NCBI GenBank assembly: GCA_038125645.1
Contig: JAYPEG010000007.1
Span: forward strand, 21-64,020
DNA length: 64,000 bases
DNA from: Alphaproteobacteria bacterium
GTDB lineage: Bacteria; Pseudomonadota; Alphaproteobacteria; Puniceispirillales; Puniceispirillaceae
Reading direction: 5' to 3'
The notes beneath the pieces were generated by a model. The model was not told the DNA's origin and did not search any database. It saw nothing but the letters and a program-made list of their open reading frames with translations. A program made the position numbers and the translations under genes. Positions 9,103 through 18,465 of the stretch are shown here, one piece after another (position 1 is the first letter of the stretch; each line of letters begins with the position of its first letter).

Positions 9103-11064
9103 ATGAGTGCAAAAAACCCATTTCGCATAAAATCAACGCAGCATAAATACGCCTGTTTCGGACTGTTAATCTCTGCCATGCTGGCAACTGATGCTGCTGG
9201 ACAGTCGATGAAGCAAGACACACAAACAGACCCACAGGCCAGCAGCTTCAGGCCGATTGTCTATCCGTCGGCGGCTATCGCCAATTTTCAGGATATCCCG
9301 CTTGATAAGGTTCTGCTGAGCGTGGATGTTGTCATGCGTGATGAGATTGACAGTTCAACAGCTGCAACGGTGAGCGACCTGATCGCCCAGAAAACCGGTA
9401 TTGAATTTTCCCGAAATGGTGGGCCAGGCGCGGTTACCTCGCATTTCATGCGCGGTCAGGAAAGTAAAAATTATATTATGCTGATAGATGGGGTGCGCGT
9501 CCATACTAACGCCATTGGCAGTCTGTTAATGCCCGAAATATCAATCTCCCAGATTGAAAAAATTGAAGTGCTGAAAGGCAATGCCTCTGCCCTCTATGGC
9601 GAGGCGGCCATTGGCGGGGTCATTAATATTATCACTAAATCGGCCAGCTTGCGCGATAGCGGCTTTGTATCGACTAAATATGGCAGCTATGACACAGCTG
9701 AGGTCAGCGCAGGTGTTTCCAAATATATCAATGGCTTTAACTTGTCTTTTACTGGCTCAAGTTTTGAAACAGAAGGCTATGATGTACGAACAGCACCTAC
9801 CACAAATCCAGACAAGGACGGCTATCGCAACAATAATTATGATTTCACTATAGAGCGGCGCTTATCCCCTGATGCCAAGCTGGCCTTTGGCCTGTTTAAT
9901 GGCGAGAGTGAGGCTGATTATGATGATACTGTAAGCCCCTTTGTCCCAGCAGTAACGCGCACAAGTGTCCATGAATATGAGACTGAAAATAAAAAGCAGT
10001 TTGTACGCTATGAGCTGATCAAAGGGGGGCTTGTTAACCTGCGCCTTGACCACAGCCAGTCAGAGAGAATTAGAAAAGATTTTATTGATGGCAGTCCTGC
10101 CTCTAATGCCAACATATTTCTGAAAGATAAAAAAACAGGCAAACGTAAAGATACTAAACTTGTTAATATCTCGGATATTATAGGCGGGAACGGCAAGACC
10201 CTCCATAGCTTTACGCAGGGCTTGGAAATATCCACCTCCTATTTTGATGAGGATGGCACCCGAACAGATCGTGATACTGAATCTTCGTTTCTTGGCTATC
10301 TCCGCAAAAGCGGCAGCCATTCCATCCAGACGAACATTCGCCAAGATGTCGTCAGACTAAAAAGCACTCATTCAAAAGATTTTGACGAAACCTCCTATCT
10401 GGCAGGATATGGCTATGAATTTGGAGACTATTATAAAATTGCTTTTTCTCATGCCACCGGGTTTCGGGCACCAGACGCCAGCGCATTTAACAGCGATTCA
10501 TCGCTGGTCGCTGAAACCCACACGACCAACGAGCTGTCTCTTCAAAGGGCAGAGGCAGGCCAGCTCTGGCGTGTGACCTTATTTTCCACAAAGGCGGATA
10601 ATGCACTTTTGTACAACCCCATCACCTATGTGACTGAGAATGTAGATATTGAAAATCAGGGGGTAGAGTTCAATCTTCAGGGCCGTACAGATATCTTCGC
10701 GTATGATTTTGATCTGACCCTGCATGACCCGAAAAGAAAAGATCTGCCCAGCAAGCGCAAAACCCTTCCCAGAAGAGCCAAGAGTTTTGGTCGGCTTACC
10801 CTGTCAAAACAGCTTGGTGACTATCAGATTGGTTGCAGCCTGACCTATTCCGGACGCAAACGGGATAGTGATTTCAGTGACACAGAAATTGCCAGCTTTA
10901 CCCGCATTGATGGCTATATTTCGCGTGATTTGACGGATTCAGTAAAAATAAAGGTGAAAGCAGAAAATATTTTTGATGCAGAATATGAGACGACTGCAGG
11001 ATACAGAACGCCGGAACGCAGCCTGTTCATAACCTTGCATTATGATTATTTGAGCGGCTTTTGA
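9103..11064 (+). CDS. btuB: TonB-dependent outer-membrane receptor, vitamin B12 type
   Basis: Plug domain (TVSDLIAQKTGIEFSRNGGPGAVTSHFMRGQESKNYIMLIDGVRV) and beta-barrel ending in a terminal Phe. Preceded directly by a cobalamin riboswitch. Confidence 0.85.
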   Translation: MSAKNPFRIKSTQHKYACFGLLISAMLATDAAGQSMKQDTQTDPQASSFRPIVYPSAAIANFQDIPLDKVLLSVDVVMRDEIDSSTAATVSDLIAQKTGIEFSRNGGPGAVTSHFMRGQESKNYIMLIDGVRVHTNAIGSLLMPEISISQIEKIEVLKGNASALYGEAAIGGVINIITKSASLRDSGFVSTKYGSYDTAEVSAGVSKYINGFNLSFTGSSFETEGYDVRTAPTTNPDKDGYRNNNYDFTIERRLSPDAKLAFGLFNGESEADYDDTVSPFVPAVTRTSVHEYETENKKQFVRYELIKGGLVNLRLDHSQSERIRKDFIDGSPASNANIFLKDKKTGKRKDTKLVNISDIIGGNGKTLHSFTQGLEISTSYFDEDGTRTDRDTESSFLGYLRKSGSHSIQTNIRQDVVRLKSTHSKDFDETSYLAGYGYEFGDYYKIAFSHATGFRAPDASAFNSDSSLVAETHTTNELSLQRAEAGQLWRVTLFSTKADNALLYNPITYVTENVDIENQGVEFNLQGRTDIFAYDFDLTLHDPKRKDLPSKRKTLPRRAKSFGRLTLSKQLGDYQIGCSLTYSGRKRDSDFSDTEIASFTRIDGYISRDLTDSVKIKVKAENIFDAEYETTAGYRTPERSLFITLHYDYLSGF

Positions 11065-11169
11065 CCCTTGAGGGCAGTCCTGCGGGCAGGGCAGAACAAG
11101 GAATTTTATTGCTGAATGGCCTGGCTCTGCCTATTATGGGCCATCAGCACTGACAGACAGGGGATTGAT

Positions 11170-11703
11170 ATGTCCAGCAGCAAAACTATGCTCATGTCCT
11201 TTATCTCATTGGTTGGATTTATGATCGCCAGCCGGGTTATTCCGCATCCGCCGAATTTCACGCCAGTGCTGGGGATGGCAGTATTCGCCCCCTATCTGTT
11301 CCGCGAAATGCCGGTGGCGGTTGCCCTGCCGATCACGGCTATGGTTATTTCTGATCTGCTGATCGGGTTTCACAGCTCTATGTTCTGGGTTTATGGCTGT
11401 ATCGCTGTGATTGCTGCTGTCAGTTACAGGGCCAATATGTCCCGCCCGACAGCACTGAAAACTGCGGCAACGGCCAGCGTGGCAACCTTTGTATTTTTTG
11501 CTGTAACCAATTTTGGTGTCTGGCTGGGCGGCGGCCTCTATCCCCATACGCTAGAGGGGCTGATAGCCTGTTATATTGCAGCCCTTCCCTTTTACGGCAA
11601 TACAGTTTTAAGCACGGCCCTGTTCTCTGCCCTGTTTTATGGTCTGGTGCGCCTGATTGAGGGGCGGCGGGCGAACGCAAGGCTGAGTCGCAGTTTCAAC
11701 TGA
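11170..11703 (+). CDS. Small polytopic membrane protein, DUF6580/BtuM-like putative solitary S-component (candidate inner-membrane cobalamin transporter)
   Basis: About 177 aa with about 6 TM segments. RVIPHPPNFTPVLGMAVF motif recalled from DUF6580. His26, Asp62 and Cys77 lie at positions similar to residues reported as important in BtuM. Immediately downstream of btuB. Confidence 0.6.
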   Translation: MSSSKTMLMSFISLVGFMIASRVIPHPPNFTPVLGMAVFAPYLFREMPVAVALPITAMVISDLLIGFHSSMFWVYGCIAVIAAVSYRANMSRPTALKTAATASVATFVFFAVTNFGVWLGGGLYPHTLEGLIACYIAALPFYGNTVLSTALFSALFYGLVRLIEGRRANARLSRSFN

Positions 11704-11717
11704 AGGGCAAGCGGGAG

Positions 11718-12596
11718 TTGCCAGCGCAGCAGCCACTGCCGCAACCGGGGCATTTATTTGTCTTTGGCCTCGGCTATACAGGGCTGCATCTTGCAGAAAC
11801 ATTATGTCAGAAGGGCTGGCAGATAACCGCCACAACACGCACACCGCAAAAGCTGAGGGATAAGCAGGACAAGGGCTGGAAGATACTGGCTTTTGAGGCG
11901 GGCAGCCCTGTTGCGGATATCGAAAGACATCTTTTTCCGGCCACCCATCTTATCTCTACCATCGGGCCGGTGAACGGGCATGACTGTGTCCTTGATGCCC
12001 ATGAACAGGCACTTGCCGCCTTTACCGGCTGGACAGGCTATTTATCAGCTACCTCCGTCTATCCTGACACAGATGGCGGCTGGGTCGATGAAACAACACA
12101 GCCGGCCCCCACAACCGGGCGCGGCACGGCCCGCCTGGCTGCTGAGCGGCGCTGGGCAGAAACAGCCAATGCTGAACTGTTCCGTATTGCTGGTATCTAT
12201 GGGCCCGGGCGCACCCCCTTTGGCGCACTGAAACGCGGTGAGGCACGGATAATTGACAGGCCCGGCCATGTTTTTAACCGCATTCACCAAAGTGACATCA
12301 CAGCCATTATCACAGCGGCCATGGCACAGCCGCGCAGCCGGCGAATTATCAATCTTGCTGACAGGATGCCGGCCCCGCAAGGTGAGGTGATTGCCTTTGC
12401 GGCCGCATTGCTGGGGGTTACACCGCCTGAACCGGTACCGCTTGAACAGGCAGGCCTGTCAGCAATGGCCAAGAGCTTTTATGCCGCTCACAGACGGGTA
12501 CGCTCAACAGTCATTGAGCCGGAACTGGGGGTTAGCCTTGCCTATCCGGATTACCGCACGGGACTGCGGGCATTGTTTGAGGCAGGCTGTTTTTAG
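11718..12596 (+). CDS. NAD(P)-binding Rossmann-fold protein (SDR / NAD-dependent epimerase family)
   Basis: HLFVFGLGYTGLHLAETL glycine-rich N-terminus and IAGIYGPGR motif. TTG start 14 nt after the preceding stop. Confidence 0.7.
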   Translation: MPAQQPLPQPGHLFVFGLGYTGLHLAETLCQKGWQITATTRTPQKLRDKQDKGWKILAFEAGSPVADIERHLFPATHLISTIGPVNGHDCVLDAHEQALAAFTGWTGYLSATSVYPDTDGGWVDETTQPAPTTGRGTARLAAERRWAETANAELFRIAGIYGPGRTPFGALKRGEARIIDRPGHVFNRIHQSDITAIITAAMAQPRSRRIINLADRMPAPQGEVIAFAAALLGVTPPEPVPLEQAGLSAMAKSFYAAHRRVRSTVIEPELGVSLAYPDYRTGLRALFEAGCF

Positions 12597-12611
12597 CCTG
12601 GCTGCCGCAGC

Positions 12612-13676
12612 TCAACTGTTAATCTTGGGATCAAGGCTGTTATTGGCATAGCGGGCGGCCATGTCGGCGAGGGCAACAGGCTTGATTTTATGGGCGTTGC
12701 CTGCTGTGCCAAAGCGCTCGAACCGATCATGGCAGACACCTGCCATAGCCTCTTGGGCGGGCTTCATAAATTTACGCAAATCAAATTCAGCTCTTTGGGT
12801 CAGTGCCACTTTTCTGATCGCCCCAGCCATGGCCAGGCGGCAGTCAGTGTCAATATTCACCTTGCGGACACCGTTTTTAATGCCGCGTTCGATTTCAGCC
12901 AGGGGCACGCCATAGGTCTGTGGCATCTCGCCGCCGAATTCATTGAAAATATCCTGTAGCTCCTGCGGCACTGAAGAGGAACCATGCATGACCAGATGTG
13001 TATCTGGCAGGCGTTTATGAATCGCCTCTATTACATGCATTGCCAGAATGTCACCATCTGGCTGGCGCGAGAATTTATAGGCGCCGTGGCTGGTGCCCAT
13101 AGCGATTGCCAGCGCATCCACCTTTGTTGTCCGCACAAACTCAACAGCCTGATCAGGGTCAGTCAGCAGCTGATCTTCAGATAATTTACCTTCTGCACCA
13201 TGGCCGTCTTCTTTGTCGCCCATTCCTGTTTCAAGCGAACCCAGAACCCCCAGTTCACCCTCTACAGACACGCCGCCATGATGGGCCATGATTGTCACAT
13301 CACGCGTAATCGCGGCATTATAGTCATAAGAAGCAGGTGTTTTGCCGTCCGCCTCGAGCGAGCCGTCCATCATCACCGAGGTAAAACCATATTGAATGGC
13401 GGTCATACAGGTGGCCTGTGAATTACCATGATCCTGGTGCATGCATACAGGGATATGCGGAAACATCGCCGCCAGCCCCTTGATCAAATTCTGCAGCATC
13501 AGATCACCAGCATAGGCACGGGCCCCGCGGCTGGCCTGAATGATAACTGGTGCGTCACATCTGTCAGCAGCCTGCAGGATGGCCAGACCCTGTTCCATAT
13601 TATTAATATTGAAAGCAGGCACGCCGTAATCATTTTCGGCTGCATGATCAAGAAGTTGGCGCAATGTTACAAGCAT
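12612..13676 (-). CDS. fba: Class II fructose-bisphosphate aldolase (Calvin-cycle/CbbA subtype)
   Basis: [20 protein letters not shown] and HGSSSVPQE motifs. Start at [12 protein letters not shown], preceded by AGGAGA. Confidence 0.92.
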   Translation of the reverse strand: MLVTLRQLLDHAAENDYGVPAFNINNMEQGLAILQAADRCDAPVIIQASRGARAYAGDLMLQNLIKGLAAMFPHIPVCMHQDHGNSQATCMTAIQYGFTSVMMDGSLEADGKTPASYDYNAAITRDVTIMAHHGGVSVEGELGVLGSLETGMGDKEDGHGAEGKLSEDQLLTDPDQAVEFVRTTKVDALAIAMGTSHGAYKFSRQPDGDILAMHVIEAIHKRLPDTHLVMHGSSSVPQELQDIFNEFGGEMPQTYGVPLAEIERGIKNGVRKVNIDTDCRLAMAGAIRKVALTQRAEFDLRKFMKPAQEAMAGVCHDRFERFGTAGNAHKIKPVALADMAARYANNSLDPKINS

Positions 13677-13778
13677 AGGTCTCTCCTGTTTTCCGTTCGC
13701 CTGAAAGACGGACACCGGCCCGGCGGGCGCGGGACGGGCGTGCGGTCATGTCTTTGAAGTCTGCTGTGCCTTTTGTTG

Positions 13779-14759
13779 TTAAAGCTGGCTGGCAGCAGTG
13801 TCAACCTCGTCAGCTGAGCCAAAAATCAAAGGCACACGCTGATGAAGCGTCAGGGGCCGAATATCGAGGATGGGCTGGGTGCCGTCTGTCGCCCTGCCGC
13901 CCGCCTGTTCAGCCAGAAACGCAATGGGATTGGCCTCATATACCAGGCGCAGACGCCCCTGCTCGTAGCCCCTGCGGCTGTCCTGCGGGTAGAGAAAAAT
14001 ACCGCCGCGACGGAAAATACGAAACGCATCAGCAACCAGAGAGCCGTTCCAGCGCATATTGAAATTGCGGGCACGCGGGCCATCTTTTCCGGCCAGAAGC
14101 TGGTCTATATAATTGCTGACCGCAGGCGACCAATAGCGGCTGTTCGCAGCATTTATCGCAAACTCGCCCGTTTCGGCCGGAATCTGAACTTGCCAGTCCA
14201 TCTGCTGGAACACGCCCCTGTCATTCAGACAGAAAGCCGCCACACCATGCCCGGTTGTGATCAGCAATGCTGTCTGCGGGCCATAGGCAAAAAACCCGGC
14301 TGCCTGCTGACTGCGGCCAGTAGCCAGACAATCTGCACTGTCTGCCGGATAGACAGAAAAAATCGTGCCAATGGTCAGGTTGGTGTCAATATTCGATGAC
14401 CCGTCCAATGGATCACAAGCAAGCACAAGCGCGCCGCCCTCATCCATGATCAGCGGGCCATCACGCTCTTCAGAGAGATAGGCATAAATACCCGTGCCCC
14501 GCATATGCTGTGCAATCAGCTCGTCCGCCAGCACATCAAGGGCTTTTTGCTGGTCTCCATCCTCATTATGTGTGCCTGTCAGCCCGCCAAGCTGTGCCTG
14601 TGCGATACCGTTTTCAGCCGCCAGTGCAGCAATCCCTGCTGCTGCATGGCACAGGCCTGTTATTGTTTTTGCACAGCTTAGAGTGATCTGGGCGCTGGCT
14701 GTCTGTGCTGCCAGCCACATATCAATCAGCACTGGCTCTTTTGTCGTTTTATCTGTCAT
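13779..14759 (-). CDS. fbp: Class 1 fructose-1,6-bisphosphatase
   Basis: DPLDGSSNID metal-binding motif and GGIFLYP. ATG at 14759 preferred over the TTG at 14768 of the ORF track. Confidence 0.9.
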   Translation of the reverse strand: MTDKTTKEPVLIDMWLAAQTASAQITLSCAKTITGLCHAAAGIAALAAENGIAQAQLGGLTGTHNEDGDQQKALDVLADELIAQHMRGTGIYAYLSEERDGPLIMDEGGALVLACDPLDGSSNIDTNLTIGTIFSVYPADSADCLATGRSQQAAGFFAYGPQTALLITTGHGVAAFCLNDRGVFQQMDWQVQIPAETGEFAINAANSRYWSPAVSNYIDQLLAGKDGPRARNFNMRWNGSLVADAFRIFRRGGIFLYPQDSRRGYEQGRLRLVYEANPIAFLAEQAGGRATDGTQPILDIRPLTLHQRVPLIFGSADEVDTAASQL

Positions 14760-14780
14760 GAGTTCCAAAAATCAGAGAGC

Positions 14781-14820
14781 AAAAAAACGGGGCGCAGACT
14801 GTTGAGCCCTGCGCCCCGTT
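14781..14820 (-). terminator. Rho-independent terminator after the BI-1 gene
   Basis: Perfect 11-bp stem (ACGGGGCGCAG / CTGCGCCCCGT), followed on the minus strand by a run of 7 T. Confidence 0.75.
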
Positions 14821-14852
14821 ATAACATGTCATGCCGCCGCATGGGCGCGCAT

Positions 14853-15572
14853 CTATTCGCGGTTACCCAGCAACTGTACCATGAACAGGAACATATTGAT
14901 GAAATCCAGATACAGGGTCAGCGCCCCGAAGATGGATTTGCGTCCCGCTTCGTCAGCACTGTCACCGGCATAGTAAATAGACTTGATCTTCTGAGTGTCA
15001 TAGGCAGTCAGCCCTGCAAACAGCAACACGCCAACAACAGAAATCAGAAATTCCATACCTGATGACTGGACAAAAATATTGACGATTGAGGCCAGTATCA
15101 GGCCAAAAACACCGACAATCAGAAAGCCGCCCATCGCGGTGAGGTCACGTTTGGTTGTGTAACCAAATATTGACAGGCCCGCAAACGCCCCGGCCGTAAT
15201 GAAAAAGGCGCGCGCAACACTGGCACCGGTGAATGTCAGCAAAATCGCAGACAATGAGACACCCATCAGCGCTGCATAGACATAAAACAGCGTACGGGCC
15301 TTTGCAGCAGACATGCGGTTGATGCGGAAGCTCATCCACATGACCATGGCGATTGGCGCAAACATGATGACATAGCTGAGCGGCGTGCCAAACAACAGCT
15401 GGGCAAAAGCCGGGCTTGACTGGGCCATAATTTTTGTGCCAAAGGCAGCAAAGCCCGTCAGAGCAAGAGCAGTTGTCATATGATTATAAACGCCGAACAT
15501 ATAACTGCGCAAACCCGCATCAAGTGCAGCAGGGCGGGTAGCAGCAGGTGACGCGTAACGGTTATTTTGCAT
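14853..15572 (-). CDS. Bax inhibitor-1/YccA family membrane protein
   Basis: 239 aa with 7 TM segments and the typical BI-1 C-terminus (LDFINMFLFMVQLLG). AAGGAGA Shine-Dalgarno. Confidence 0.9.
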   Translation of the reverse strand: MQNNRYASPAATRPAALDAGLRSYMFGVYNHMTTALALTGFAAFGTKIMAQSSPAFAQLLFGTPLSYVIMFAPIAMVMWMSFRINRMSAAKARTLFYVYAALMGVSLSAILLTFTGASVARAFFITAGAFAGLSIFGYTTKRDLTAMGGFLIVGVFGLILASIVNIFVQSSGMEFLISVVGVLLFAGLTAYDTQKIKSIYYAGDSADEAGRKSIFGALTLYLDFINMFLFMVQLLGNRE

Positions 15573-15606
15573 TTATTTAGTCTCCTTGCGGTTAAACTGC
15601 ATTACA

Positions 15607-15628
15607 GAACAGGCACAGGTGCCTGTTC
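15607..15628. repeat. Perfect 10-bp inverted repeat GAACAGGCAC-AG-GTGCCTGTTC in the BI-1 leader
   Basis: Seen directly. Lies 35 nt upstream of the BI-1 start and has no adjacent T-tract on either strand. Confidence 0.9.
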
Positions 15629-15841
15629 CCTTACCCCCATAATGTAATGGCCTTCATCCTTTGATTCAAGGTGATTTGCGGGAAATCTTAATATCAGCTG
15701 CCGGCAAAGAGATGAATTCGCACGGGCCAGACCATGCCAGAGGAAAGCCGCCGCCCCTTGTCAGCACCCACAGGCCAGCCGGTCAATAGGACAGCCGACC
15801 AGCAGGACAGAAAAGATACAGGATAAATCCCGCAGCGAGAC

Positions 15842-16930
15842 TCAGACCATCTGGCTGGCACGAAGGCGCACGGAGTCTGATTTCAGCTGTCCGCAGGCAG
15901 CCAGAATATCGCGCCCGCGAGGGGTGCGTACAGGCGAGGCATATCCCGCCCTCATCACAATCGCGGCAAAACGTTCAATCCTGTCTGGGCCTGAGCACTG
16001 ATAATCAGTTCCGGGCCAGGGGTTAAAGGGGATCAAATTTATTTTTGACGGAATCCCGGCGATCATTTTCACCAATGCCCTGGCATCAGCATCACTGTCA
16101 TTGACCCCGTCAAGCATGACATATTCCCATGTTACCCGCCGCGCATTCGACAGGCCTGGATAGGCGCGCACAGCCGCGATCAGTGTTTCCAGGTTATATT
16201 TACGGTTTATCGGCACCAGCTGGTCGCGCAGATCATCACGCACCGCATGCAGTGATATCGCCAGATTGACTCCCAGCTCCGCACCGCAGCGGTCAATTTC
16301 AGGAACGATGCCGCTTGTTGACAGGGTAATGCGCCGCTTTGAGACAGCTATGCCGTCCCCGCTCATGATAATTTTCAGCGCCCTGGCAACATTTTCATAA
16401 TTATAGAGCGGCTCGCCCATGCCCATCAGCACGATATTGGTCAGCCGCCTGTCCGGCCTGCCGGCTGGCCAGTCAGACAGGCTGTCCATCGCCAGCATGA
16501 TCTGGCCGCAGATTTCAGCTGTTGTCAGATTACGCACCAGACGCTGCGTGCCGGTATGGCAAAACCGGCAATTCAGTGTGCAGCCAACCTGTGATGACAC
16601 ACACAATGTGCCGCGTTCCTGATCAGGAATATATACCGTCTCAATTTCATTGCCGTCAGCAAGACGCAGCAGCCATTTTATCGTACCGTCAAATGAATCC
16701 ATCCGGCGCGAAATATCCGGCCGGTCGGCGTGAAAATGGCTGGCGAGGAGGCTTTGCACAGGCTTGCCCATATCTGTCATGGCGGCAAAATCGCCAACGC
16801 CATGCCGCCAGACCCAGCGCCAGAGCTGGCGGGCCCGGAAACGTGGCAGCTGCAGCCGGGTGACCGCCTCTTCCAGTTCATCACAGCTCAGCCCAAGAAG
16901 GCTTGTACGCGGATTTTCAGCTAAGTTCAC
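15842..16930 (-). CDS. rlmN: 23S rRNA/tRNA (adenine-C2)-methyltransferase, radical SAM
   Basis: [18 protein letters not shown] radical-SAM cluster motif and GMGEPL. Confidence 0.92.
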   Translation of the reverse strand: MNLAENPRTSLLGLSCDELEEAVTRLQLPRFRARQLWRWVWRHGVGDFAAMTDMGKPVQSLLASHFHADRPDISRRMDSFDGTIKWLLRLADGNEIETVYIPDQERGTLCVSSQVGCTLNCRFCHTGTQRLVRNLTTAEICGQIMLAMDSLSDWPAGRPDRRLTNIVLMGMGEPLYNYENVARALKIIMSGDGIAVSKRRITLSTSGIVPEIDRCGAELGVNLAISLHAVRDDLRDQLVPINRKYNLETLIAAVRAYPGLSNARRVTWEYVMLDGVNDSDADARALVKMIAGIPSKINLIPFNPWPGTDYQCSGPDRIERFAAIVMRAGYASPVRTPRGRDILAACGQLKSDSVRLRASQMV

Positions 16931-17060
16931 AACACTGTGCTTTCCTGGCTCGTTTCATATGACAGAATTGTCGCCCGCCGCGCTGTTATCACGCAAAAGA
17001 GCACAGAAATCAACTGACCCAAAGCCGGTGGCACGCCCCTGCCGCCAGAGTGCCGCCGCC

Positions 17061-17579
17061 TCAGGGACAGGCCTTGTCCATAAAGGCCTTTGCCTTGGTA
17101 AAGCCGGACAGGGAGTAATCATCAACAGTTTTGTTGTTGCGGCTGGACAGGCCTGTGATGACCAGCTTGTTTCCGCGTTTCATTGCTGCTATCAGCCGCT
17201 GGTCATCTTCTGGACTCTGCGACCATGCCCGGTTATCGAGCGTGAATAATTTTGAGATTTTTTTATCAATCGAGAAATCAACCTCTGACTGTTTTTTATA
17301 GCGATAGCCCGCCAGGACAGAAACAACGTCACGCTCGCCCTTGCCCGGGCCATGCGTGACAAAAACACGGGTTTCACCGCGATTGGCACGGTCATAGTCA
17401 CCGCGCAATGCCTTTGGCGCACTGGAAATAAAGCAGATGCGGCCCTTGTCTGATTCCTGTTTATAGACCTGCCAGTCATTAAAGCTCTTCAGTTCCTGCG
17501 TTTTTGCAAAAGCTGTGTGCATTGCGCCTGACAGTGCCATAACCCCCAGTGCCACGCCTGCAAAAATTAATCTGTTCAT
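17061..17579 (-). CDS. Invasion-associated locus B (IalB) family periplasmic protein
   Basis: Signal peptide followed by KSFNDWQVYKQESDKGRICFISSAP, typical of IalB. Confidence 0.8.
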   Translation of the reverse strand: MNRLIFAGVALGVMALSGAMHTAFAKTQELKSFNDWQVYKQESDKGRICFISSAPKALRGDYDRANRGETRVFVTHGPGKGERDVVSVLAGYRYKKQSEVDFSIDKKISKLFTLDNRAWSQSPEDDQRLIAAMKRGNKLVITGLSSRNNKTVDDYSLSGFTKAKAFMDKACP

Positions 17580-17916
17580 TAGCCTGTCTCCGCCTTACCT
17601 GTGCCCAGTCTTGCCGAATAATGAAAAACCCCATAGCCAACCGCGCGTAGAATCGCAAAACTTCTTTCATCGTTCAAGGTCTTTTGACATTTTTTTAAAT
17701 GTTAAATGTGTTCATTTTGAGACTGGGGGCTGGGTATAGGTCTTAAAAGTAGGCTTAAAGAACAGGAATTGGGTCTGAAACAGGAATTTTGCAGGAAAAA
17801 TGGGGTTAAACACGCGAATTGAACATTTTCATCTTGTCACTGAAGACCTGGTCTCGTTTACTGGGCTTATGGGAACCGGCTATGAGAGCGGCGACACCTT
17901 GTCAGGGTCGCCGAAT

Positions 17917-18465
17917 ATGGATGTTTTGCTTGCGCGCGTTGGCACCCACCGCGACCGCAGGGCCTTTGCTGTGCTTTTTGATTATTTTGCTCCCCGTGTT
18001 AAGAGCTTTTTAATGCGGCTGGGCAGTGACATGCCGCTTGCAGAAGAAGTGACGCAGGAAGCCATGATTATGGTCTGGCGGCGTGCAGAAACCTATGATC
18101 CGCGCCAATCAGGGGCAAGCACATGGATTTTCACCATTGCCCGGAACAAACGCATCGACAGGCTGAGGCGTGAAAACCGCCCGCTGCCTGATTTAAGTGA
18201 TCCAGCCTTTGCCCCCGAAGGTGATGAAACCGCTGATAAAATGGTACTGAGGCGTGAGGAAGAGGAAAAAATCCGCCACGCTTTGAAAAATTTACCCGAA
18301 GAGCAAGCCAAAATGATTTTTTCTGCGTATTACGAGCAGAAATCACACAGAGAGATTGCCGATCAGAGCGGCGTGCCGCTCGGAACGGTGAAATCACGCA
18401 TCAGACTGGCGCTAAACCGGCTTCGCGCCCATCTTGATGAGGTAGAAGGACGTTTGGAGCCATGA
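17917..18465 (+). CDS. rpoE: ECF RNA polymerase sigma factor, RpoE (sigma-E/ChrR group)
   Basis: Close resemblance to Rhodobacter-type RpoE (AFAVLFDYFAPRVKSFLMR, STWIFTIARNKRIDRLRR, LGTVKSRIRLALNRLR). Start set at MDVLLARV; the ORF track begins at 17800. Confidence 0.85.
   Translation: MDVLLARVGTHRDRRAFAVLFDYFAPRVKSFLMRLGSDMPLAEEVTQEAMIMVWRRAETYDPRQSGASTWIFTIARNKRIDRLRRENRPLPDLSDPAFAPEGDETADKMVLRREEEEKIRHALKNLPEEQAKMIFSAYYEQKSHREIADQSGVPLGTVKSRIRLALNRLRAHLDEVEGRLEP

Noticed and set aside
17640-17916. A canonical Rhodobacter-type sigma-E promoter (TGATC-type -35 element) upstream of rpoE.
   Set aside because: No TGATC element with suitable spacing was found in the spacer. My recollection of the consensus is also imprecise, so no promoter is annotated.
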